Positions 51,108 through 58,775 of a stretch of 64,000 nt of DNA are shown here, piece by piece; within the stretch, counting starts at the first letter, position 1; each line of letters begins with the position of its first letter. The translations under genes were made by a program, and so were the position numbers. Source of the DNA: Candidatus Omnitrophota bacterium (GTDB taxonomy: Bacteria; Omnitrophota; Gorgyraeia; Gorgyraeales; Gorgyraeaceae); the NCBI GenBank assembly GCA_003485765.1, contig DNHS01000056.1:8064-72063 (forward strand). Reading direction: 5' to 3'. The notes below the pieces were generated by a model. The model searched no databases. It was not told where the DNA came from and saw only the letters and a list, made by a program, of their open reading frames with translations.

Positions 51108-51372
51108 ATAAACTCAATACGCCTGTTTTTGATAACTTATTTATAAAGCTGCTGGCATCTTTTTTCGCTGTCTCATAATTAACGTCGAATTCTTTAAGTA
51201 CGGCGTCTATAATTTTATTTACCTTTGTTTTGCCATCCGCCAAATTCCATATAAAGCTTCCCATGGGATTAAGAAAGTAAAAAGCATTGTCCTTTAGATT
51301 TAAAATAACTGTTTCTCCGTCTATTATTCTACAGTGAAGCTTTTTACCAGGTAATACGTATTTGTCAAGCAC
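51076..51372 (-). CDS. PqqD/RRE family protein
   Basis: DGETVILN...FYFLNPMGSFIWNLADGKTKV...EFDV; GTG start with GGAGG Shine-Dalgarno. Confidence 0.9.
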   Translation of the reverse strand: MLDKYVLPGKKLHCRIIDGETVILNLKDNAFYFLNPMGSFIWNLADGKTKVNKIIDAVLKEFDVNYETAKKDASSFINKLSKTGVLSLYDKPQTALKS

Positions 51373-51515
51373 AATGCCTCCCTTTACCTTATTGAGTATA
51401 AAATACTGCTAAGATTAAGAAATATCAAGAAAATAATTAAGTTTTCAGGTAGGATTTATTAGGAATGATGGCGTTTCTTTATCTTTTCTATAAACATCCT
51501 TTGGGTTTAATATAA

Positions 51516-51659
51516 CTAAGCGCAGGAGGTACAACTGGCGCAGCTGGAACAACTCGTGCCTACCCGATTATTCAGTTTTCCTTCTTTTTTCAACTGCGGT
51601 TCTTTAAAAAACTTTTTGTATTCTGGTTTTTGATATTGTTTTTTATTATTCTTGTCCAT
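51516..51659 (-). CDS. Putative RiPP precursor, 47 aa: MDKNNKKQYQKPEYKKFFKEPQLKKEGKLNNRVGTSCSSCASCTSCA
   Basis: Manual translation; AAGGAGG 6 nt before the ATG; YxxP and FxxPxLxxxG leader motifs; lies first in the PqqD-rSAM gene run. Confidence 0.85.
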   Translation of the reverse strand: MDKNNKKQYQKPEYKKFFKEPQLKKEGKLNNRVGTSCSSCASCTSCA

Positions 51660-51685
51660 ATACATCCTCCTTATCTTATATTAAT

Positions 51686-51714
51686 AGTATAAAAGATATA
51701 TTAAAATTGGTCAA
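51686..51714 (-). promoter_or_regulatory. Putative sigma70 promoter of the precursor gene
   Basis: TTGACC-17 nt-TATACT. Confidence 0.6.
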
Positions 51715-51901
51715 GTATTATCATTTTAAAAGTTTTCGAAAAAATTATAAAATTAATATTTTTCTAGTAGCTATGACCGTGATTTAAAAACTTAGAAAGC
51801 ATTTACCTTTATGATATAAATTATAGCATATAATATAACAATTGCAAGGTCATTTTTTTCTTGATTTTCAAATCTATATATAATAAGCTTATTATATAAT
51901 C

Positions 51902-53059
51902 ATGCATAACGCATTATCCAAATCCAGTCTTTTATTGAATAAAAATTCTCCTCTTCCAAGTCTAAATAACGCTGAATTAGAGATAGTCCTTAAAGAATCT
52001 TTATACCATAGCCTTACAAATCTTATCTATTTAACTATAAAAACATCGGATAGATACAAAGAATTAATTCATCATCCTGCATTTTCTCGTCTAAAAAATA
52101 GCTATTTTATGACAGTTAAGGATAATATGCTGAAACAGAAAGAGTTTATTGATATTAGCAATGCTTTTGAAACCGCTGACATACTTATGGTTCCTATCAA
52201 AGGCATGGCTTTATTATTTGATGTTTTCCAAGATAATTTAAGCCGGCCTATGGCTGATATAGATATTTTAATAAAGAAAAATGACCTGGAAAAAGCTAAA
52301 CAGCTCATGCAAGGTCTTGGCTATAAAGCAGCTCTCGGAAATTTTTCAGAAAGATATTATACTGATTATTACCATCATCTGCCTTTTTTTAAAGCATCTA
52401 TGGTAGAACTGCATTGGGATCTTGCAGTTCCAAGGCCGAATAAAATTATTTTACCTGAGTTGTGGGATAGATTGCAAAAGATTGAGCATAATAACGCCTT
52501 TTTAAACATCCTCTCTCCAGAAGACACGATATTCTCGCTTGCGCTTCATTTAAGAAGATTTAACACACCATTCTCATTAAAGCCCATATACGATATTTAT
52601 AGAATAATGGAAAAATACGATAAAGAAATAGATTGGGAGTATCTATCAAAATACAGCGGATTAAACAGGCTAAACTCTATTATCTATTACTCCCTGGTTT
52701 CTGTTAAAACAATATTTGAATATCCTATATCTGAAAAAGAACTGGGGATGTTTTACCCTGGTATATTAAGAGCGTCTTTATTAAAATTATTTATAAATAG
52801 GGTCAAGAATAGAGGCGTTACGAGACTTATAAAATCTGCTTCTTTTAGAAAATACGCCTATATATTTTTACGTTTTTTATTATATGACCGCTTGTGGGAT
52901 CTTATAAAATTCATAATACTTATACCTGAGGAAGAATTCAGCCGTTTCTATTCAATCGAATTTCCCTCAAAAGTATCATCCGCTATTTACAGTCTTAGAT
53001 TTTTGGCCATGCCTTTTCTAGCCTTATTAGACAGGTTTTCTAAAAAATCATCTATATAG
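51902..53059 (+). CDS. Nucleotidyltransferase family protein (NTP_transf_5-like)
   Basis: IKGMAL, RPMADIDILI, VELHW motifs; divergent from the precursor. Confidence 0.82.
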   Translation: MHNALSKSSLLLNKNSPLPSLNNAELEIVLKESLYHSLTNLIYLTIKTSDRYKELIHHPAFSRLKNSYFMTVKDNMLKQKEFIDISNAFETADILMVPIKGMALLFDVFQDNLSRPMADIDILIKKNDLEKAKQLMQGLGYKAALGNFSERYYTDYYHHLPFFKASMVELHWDLAVPRPNKIILPELWDRLQKIEHNNAFLNILSPEDTIFSLALHLRRFNTPFSLKPIYDIYRIMEKYDKEIDWEYLSKYSGLNRLNSIIYYSLVSVKTIFEYPISEKELGMFYPGILRASLLKLFINRVKNRGVTRLIKSASFRKYAYIFLRFLLYDRLWDLIKFIILIPEEEFSRFYSIEFPSKVSSAIYSLRFLAMPFLALLDRFSKKSSI

Positions 53060-54183
53060 TTTATAAAATTGCTCCAGTTATATTTTATTATATCTTTCCT
53101 GCCAAGGCTGCCCATTTGCATTGTCAATTCCACGTCCATAGCTATTTTACACATATAAGATGCGTATTCTCTTGCATCAGGTGAACTTAAAAATCCTGTT
53201 ATGCCATTTTTTATAATTTCCTTTGGCCCGCCGTTATTAATAGCAATAACAGGCTTAGAAAAAGAAAGCCCCTCCAGCACAGTAAGGCCAAAGTCTTCAT
53301 TCAGGGTAGTTGAGAGAACTGCGCGGCAATCTTTGTAAAGGTTCAAAATATCTTTTTCCGAAGGGTTTATCGTAATGATTATATTTTTATTCGCAGCAGC
53401 CATCTTTTTTAATTTTTCATAATAACTATTATTTGTCTTATACAGCTCTCCTGCTATTATAAGTTTAAAATTACGCAATCCTTCATGTTCCATCTGCGCT
53501 ATATTAAACGCCTCTATTGATAATTCTATATTCTTCCACCATTTTATACGCGTTGGGTGGAAGAAATAATTCTCATATCCAGTATTTCCCGAAAAATACA
53601 TTGTGTCAACGCCAAGGTTCAAAACCTTTAATTTATAATCAGGCAGAAGGTTATTTTTCAGAATCCTATCCCTGACTTCCTTGCTGATACAAAAACACAA
53701 GTCATATAATTCAAACGCCTTTTTATCTATTACCTTGAATAAAAAATAAAACAGAAAATAAAATGGGGCCTTATGTAAATTTTTTAAAACATAGTCTTTT
53801 CTCAAAACATCGTCATATATAATCTTCAATGGGGTGTAACAAATACTAATTTTAGCTATATCCTTATTTTTGAAATTTATCAGGCCTCCCAGGCCTTCGT
53901 TATGCACGCATAAAGCATCAAACCCTTCGAGAGGAAGTTTCTGATTAAAGATAACCCACGCTGACCTTAAGGTATTAAAATAACTTCTCTCTACAGAGAT
54001 CTTTTTAAATTCCGTTATCCTGGATTTAAAATCCTCAAATTCTGGGTAGGTGGTATCTTTTTCATAAAGATTGGTAAACACATGCCAATCATGTCTGGAG
54101 CGCTTCAAGACTTCAAGTATCGTACGCTCAACACCACTTCTTAAATGGATATAAGGATAATATAATGCGATTTTTAAAGACAT
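52987..54183 (-). CDS. GT4 glycosyltransferase
   Basis: SGVER, EDFGLTVLEGLSFSKPVIA, GGPKE. Confidence 0.88.
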   Translation of the reverse strand: MSLKIALYYPYIHLRSGVERTILEVLKRSRHDWHVFTNLYEKDTTYPEFEDFKSRITEFKKISVERSYFNTLRSAWVIFNQKLPLEGFDALCVHNEGLGGLINFKNKDIAKISICYTPLKIIYDDVLRKDYVLKNLHKAPFYFLFYFLFKVIDKKAFELYDLCFCISKEVRDRILKNNLLPDYKLKVLNLGVDTMYFSGNTGYENYFFHPTRIKWWKNIELSIEAFNIAQMEHEGLRNFKLIIAGELYKTNNSYYEKLKKMAAANKNIIITINPSEKDILNLYKDCRAVLSTTLNEDFGLTVLEGLSFSKPVIAINNGGPKEIIKNGITGFLSSPDAREYASYMCKIAMDVELTMQMGSLGRKDIIKYNWSNFINYIDDFLENLSNKARKGMAKNLRL

Positions 54184-55478
54184 TTTTTAGCGCTCAGAAG
54201 AGATAATATCCCGGTATAACTCCAAAAAATATAACTGGGAACTATCCAGTAAAGCGTATCATAGGTTAAAAATGTGCACATTATACCTGCAAGGCCTGAC
54301 AAAAAACCTATCAACAATAACCTATTATCTCTGGTTAAATTAGCCTTAAGCTTTAAGCATGAACGCTTCAAAATAGAAAAAATAAAAATAAGAAAACCTC
54401 CCAACCCTACTATCCCTGCCTCTGCTAAAATTGTTATATACATGCAATCCGCTATCTTTTGGTCATATTCTGTTATATTAGCTATAGCCGGTAAATAATG
54501 GTCAAATAAAACCCTGTAATGTCCAAAACCTATCCCAAAAAAAAGATGGTCTTTGAGTATGGCTTCAAGCGCTGAAAAACGTATAATCTTTCTTAAATAG
54601 ACCTCCCAGCTTGATAGGTATCTAAGGCTGTAACGCCAAAATGCAAAATTATTGTAGCCTAACAGCACAGAACTAACCCATACTAAAAATATACAAAATA
54701 ATATAAGCCACAGTATAAAGACTATCTTCTTCCGCCTAATAAAAAAAGAGGTCATAATGAATACGCTTGTTAATAAGCCAATAAGCGCGCCCCTGGAAAA
54801 TACCAGAATAATACAAACAGCTATCGTAACTGCATAAATAAAAGCTGCTATTTTAAAAAATCTTTTCTCCTCTTTTAAGAACAATACATATGCAAGCGGA
54901 AAGATCGCTAAAAGGTATGTCCCGAATGATATTGGATGCATATGTATAGACATCATCCTAATGCCCTTATACGTCTCATAGTATAAACTTGTTAAATATT
55001 TTTCATATATAATATTGTTTCTTGTAGAGAATTCTATTATTCCATAAAGACATAAAACAAATGCCATAAAACATACAACTCTTAATATATATTTAGTATT
55101 TTGTATTTTAAATGTGATTTTTGCAAAAAAGTATAAAAATGGTATAGGAAATATATAGCTCCAGAAATGCCTATACATAGTAACCGACTCCACTGCATTC
55201 ACAATACCTGCCATTAAAGCCGCTAAAAATATCCAGAAAGGTATTTCTTCCCTGGAAAATATAAGCTTATACAATTGTCTGTCAATAAAAAGCAAAACTG
55301 AAAGAAAAATAATTAACACAACAAAAAACCAAAAGCGACAAGATTCATTAACAATCGGAGCGAAAAACGATATCCATAAAAACAAAGCTATTACTCCTGT
55401 TAACTTAAAATTATTTATTACTTTATCCATAATATATTGCGGCTGTAAGAATGCTATGATGAATCGCTTTTTAAGCAT
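54174..55478 (-). CDS. O-antigen ligase/Wzy_C family membrane protein
   Basis: Multiple TMs, FSRGALIG, FFGIGFG, ILAEAGIVG; start may be ATG 55430. Confidence 0.8.
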   Translation of the reverse strand: MLKKRFIIAFLQPQYIMDKVINNFKLTGVIALFLWISFFAPIVNESCRFWFFVVLIIFLSVLLFIDRQLYKLIFSREEIPFWIFLAALMAGIVNAVESVTMYRHFWSYIFPIPFLYFFAKITFKIQNTKYILRVVCFMAFVLCLYGIIEFSTRNNIIYEKYLTSLYYETYKGIRMMSIHMHPISFGTYLLAIFPLAYVLFLKEEKRFFKIAAFIYAVTIAVCIILVFSRGALIGLLTSVFIMTSFFIRRKKIVFILWLILFCIFLVWVSSVLLGYNNFAFWRYSLRYLSSWEVYLRKIIRFSALEAILKDHLFFGIGFGHYRVLFDHYLPAIANITEYDQKIADCMYITILAEAGIVGLGGFLIFIFSILKRSCLKLKANLTRDNRLLLIGFLSGLAGIMCTFLTYDTLYWIVPSYIFWSYTGILSLLSAKKCL

Positions 55479-55488
55479 CTTTTTTGAG

Positions 55489-56466
55489 CTAGCTATCCTT
55501 ATGCTTTATTTCTTCTACTAACGACATCTTCTTTGTAAATATTGCAGGTAAATATAATGAAGCGCCTAAAAATATTCCCAACAACTCCGCCATTCTTATG
55601 ATCGGGGAATATAAAATCCAGCTCAATTTATAAGATAAGTTTCTTTTTAAATGCGATATATATATCATATCTTTTATCGACTTAAAAATAAAAATCAAAG
55701 GAAGCTTTAATAATGCTGAAAAAGTCCATCGCTTAAGCAACAAATGATTTAATCTTGCATCATCAAAATATCTCTTCATTGTTCCAATAAAAGACTTGTG
55801 TAAATCATGAGAATGAATAACCTCTGAACTAGACTCAAATATGATCTTATACCCTTTTTCTAACATTCGTTGTGACCATTCTAAGTCTTCGCCAAATTCA
55901 ATATCTGCGAATGGATTTTTCAACAGCAGATCTTTTTTAATTGCGCAACTAATTGTATGAAATGATATAAATCTCCTTTTTTCTTCCACGTCTTTATTTT
56001 TATATTCCGCAAATGTCTTAATATGCTTTATTCTCTCGCTAAAAATACGATCATTGCGTAAGATGTCCAGTACGCCCAATGGGTTGCAATCTTGTCTAGG
56101 ACATAATCTGCTGCACACTCCGGCAACATCTTCGTATATTAAAAATGGCCTGATTAAATTATTTAACCAATGCTTATCTTTTGGCGTTGCGTCTCCATTT
56201 AAAAATACCAAATATTCACCCTTGCTTAAACACATGCCTAAATTTCGAGTTTTGCCATGCCCGAATTCTTCTGGAGAAATTTGAATCAAAACAACAGGAT
56301 ATTTTCTTATTATTTCTAAAACTCTACTGTTAGAACCAGAATCGATTATTATCACTTCAAAACCACAGCTTATCTCCTGGCAAAAAACAGCCTTAAGCGT
56401 TTCTTCAATCATATTTTCCTGGTTTTTAGTTAAAATTACTATAGAGATTTTTATGATATTATTCAT
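55489..56466 (-). CDS. GT2 glycosyltransferase (rhamnosyltransferase-like)
   Basis: IDSGS, FGHGKTRNLG, FLNGDATP, EDLEW, VIHSH. Confidence 0.87.
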   Translation of the reverse strand: MNNIIKISIVILTKNQENMIEETLKAVFCQEISCGFEVIIIDSGSNSRVLEIIRKYPVVLIQISPEEFGHGKTRNLGMCLSKGEYLVFLNGDATPKDKHWLNNLIRPFLIYEDVAGVCSRLCPRQDCNPLGVLDILRNDRIFSERIKHIKTFAEYKNKDVEEKRRFISFHTISCAIKKDLLLKNPFADIEFGEDLEWSQRMLEKGYKIIFESSSEVIHSHDLHKSFIGTMKRYFDDARLNHLLLKRWTFSALLKLPLIFIFKSIKDMIYISHLKRNLSYKLSWILYSPIIRMAELLGIFLGASLYLPAIFTKKMSLVEEIKHKDS

Positions 56467-57506
56467 GCTATGCGCGAGGTAGGCATAAGCTCTTTTACTG
56501 ACTCGACTACCTTTTCCATAGATATCTTATCCATACAGGTTTGTTTCTTATCGCATTTATTCTTATAACATGGGGCGCACTTTGCTTCTGTGATTATTTT
56601 AGAGCCTAGATTATATAAATCTATTTCCTGAGCACAGGTAGGGCCAAAAAGCGCAACAACCGGTTTTTTAAGCGCTATTGCCATGTGCATTGCAAGCGTA
56701 TCGGCTGCTATAATCAGCCCGCAATTATTAATCAATGCAGTGAATTCCTTAAGGCTATTGTCGCATCCGCTATCAATTACTTTACCATCCATTGCTTTTC
56801 TAATATATTTATGGATATCCTTTTCAAAAGGCCCTCCAAGTAATATTATTTTCACATTTAATTCTTTACACAATAACTCTATTAGACTAACTAACCTATT
56901 TTTTCCTAAGTTCTTATTTGCAAAAACCCTGCCTGCCCCTGTATTGATGCCAATAACAATATCGTCTTTATCTAACCCGTTCTTCTTGAAAAAACTGTCT
57001 GCAAAATCAATATGTTTTTTATCTAACTTTAATTCATAAGGATTGTTTTGATAGTTAAGTTTTGCTGTTTCAAATATTAGCTCCTGATAGGTCTTTTTAT
57101 TTTTAAAAAATTTTAACTCATCATCTATGCCTAACAGATAAGAATAACTCGCTTCCTTATTCAAAGGGCATAACTTGCCTTTTTTATCCAAGCCAAAGCC
57201 ATATTTTTCAGAAGCCCTGACAGACATAGCCAGAGAAGCTGCTTCAATAGCCTTATCTAAAGATATAACAATATCGAACTCTTCTCCGTTTAGCAGTAAA
57301 ACGCTCTTTTTGCTATAAACCAAAATCCGGTTTATGCTATCATTGCCTTCTAAAAGTTCCAGCGCTAACTCTTCGACAATCCATGTTATATGACTATATG
57401 GATATTTTTTCTTTAATCCAGATAAAAGCGTAGTTGTCCTTAAAACATCTCCTGCTGAAGCTAATTTGATAATTAAAATCTTTTTACTATTACAAGAAAT
57501 TGACAT
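56463..57506 (-). CDS. GT9 (ADP-heptose transferase-like) glycosyltransferase
   Basis: IIKLASAGDVLRTT, DTLAMHMAIAL, LFGPT, CAPC; start probably ATG 57506. Confidence 0.88.
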   Translation of the reverse strand: MSISCNSKKILIIKLASAGDVLRTTTLLSGLKKKYPYSHITWIVEELALELLEGNDSINRILVYSKKSVLLLNGEEFDIVISLDKAIEAASLAMSVRASEKYGFGLDKKGKLCPLNKEASYSYLLGIDDELKFFKNKKTYQELIFETAKLNYQNNPYELKLDKKHIDFADSFFKKNGLDKDDIVIGINTGAGRVFANKNLGKNRLVSLIELLCKELNVKIILLGGPFEKDIHKYIRKAMDGKVIDSGCDNSLKEFTALINNCGLIIAADTLAMHMAIALKKPVVALFGPTCAQEIDLYNLGSKIITEAKCAPCYKNKCDKKQTCMDKISMEKVVESVKELMPTSRIA

Positions 57507-58563
57507 GTTCTCTAGGCTGTTTAACATTCCAAAGTATCTGATTAAATGTATTATCTCTGCACAATGGTATGCAATTGCGAAAATCTATCCTATTTATAGC
57601 TTTAACCCTTTCTTCGGAATTCCAGATATACTTAAAACTTTTCTTTTTAAGGTCCCCTATGCAATATTTATTATAACCCCTAGTGTGGCAGCATATATAC
57701 ATCTTTCCCGTAGCGGATATCACAGTGGCAAACTGCTGGCCGTAACATTTCTTATAATACCTTCCAAACTTAGAGTCATGTGCCATCTCGTATTTATGCT
57801 GGGAATACAAAACCTTGAATTTGTTGCCTGAATATTTAAGGCAATTTACTATCTCATCCTGGACATCTGCCCAATAATACCTGAACTTTCCTCCGTTATG
57901 GATCTGCATAGGCCTGAATTGCAGATAATCAACACCTAATCTATCTGCTAGCAGCGTTGCCTTCATCATATCCGGTTTTGTATAATCACTAGTTAAGAAA
58001 CCTATTCCTACATTGCATAAACTTTTTATTTTTTTCTTTATTTTTACCAATAAAGCTATATTTTTTATGATTTTATTAAACTCGTTTCCATCAAGGCCAT
58101 GCGTCAGTTTAAATACTCCGGGCGATCCTGCATCCAAAGATACCCTCAGCCATGTGCAGTTATTTAAAAGAACGCTCGATGACTTATGGTCTAATAATGA
58201 CCCGTTCGTTATGAAACCCACGTCAAGGCCCTTTGAGCGGGCAAGCTTAACCATGTCCAGCGTGCAGGGATTGCATAAGGGCTCTCCGCCTCCTGTAAAT
58301 ATTAATCCTTTTATTTTGTTTTTTGCAAGCTGCAAGATAATTTTTTTAGCAAGTCTGGGGGTAAGAAAACTTCTATCATTGATTCTGAAATAATTTACAA
58401 CGCACTCCTGGCATCTATGATTACATATATTTGTCATATCCAATTCTACTGTGATTGGAGGCGTATTCTTTCCATTCAACCAATCATTTACCCTATCTAA
58501 GTGCTTCAATATCTTGTCGGAGCTAAACTGCCTCACATCAATCTGTCTTAAATCCATGCCCAC
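57490..58563 (-). CDS. Radical SAM protein with Twitch/SPASM-like C-terminus, in the glycan locus
   Basis: CNHRCQEC, GGGEP, TNG, RVSLD, C...GKMYICC...CIPLC. Confidence 0.87.
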   Translation of the reverse strand: MGMDLRQIDVRQFSSDKILKHLDRVNDWLNGKNTPPITVELDMTNICNHRCQECVVNYFRINDRSFLTPRLAKKIILQLAKNKIKGLIFTGGGEPLCNPCTLDMVKLARSKGLDVGFITNGSLLDHKSSSVLLNNCTWLRVSLDAGSPGVFKLTHGLDGNEFNKIIKNIALLVKIKKKIKSLCNVGIGFLTSDYTKPDMMKATLLADRLGVDYLQFRPMQIHNGGKFRYYWADVQDEIVNCLKYSGNKFKVLYSQHKYEMAHDSKFGRYYKKCYGQQFATVISATGKMYICCHTRGYNKYCIGDLKKKSFKYIWNSEERVKAINRIDFRNCIPLCRDNTFNQILWNVKQPREHVNFL

Positions 58564-58564
58564 A

Positions 58565-58690
58565 CTATTTCTCCTTACTGTATCCCAAATTTATAAACAG
58601 ATATCTTAACCCAAACTTTAATAATATAAACCCGGTCGCTATTAATAAATATGTAAAAATTATGATCTCGCGTAAAACTTTGAAAATCAT
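58565..58690 (-). CDS. Possible 41-aa hydrophobic micro-protein
   Basis: MIFKVLREIIIFTYLLIATGFILLKFGLRYLFINLGYSKEK; stop lies 1 nt before the rSAM GTG; weak RBS. Confidence 0.3.
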   Translation of the reverse strand: MIFKVLREIIIFTYLLIATGFILLKFGLRYLFINLGYSKEK

Positions 58691-58775
58691 GCTTATCTTT
58701 TAAGAAACTTTTGCATAACTCATACCTTTCATATGCTATATATTCAGCTCATATATAAAATTTTCTCTCTTATTT

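Noticed and set aside
47028-53059. Canonical lasso peptide or PQQ cluster
   Set aside because: No asparagine-synthetase-like cyclase, no Asp/Glu in the core, no pqqB/pqqC and no ExxxY precursor motif.
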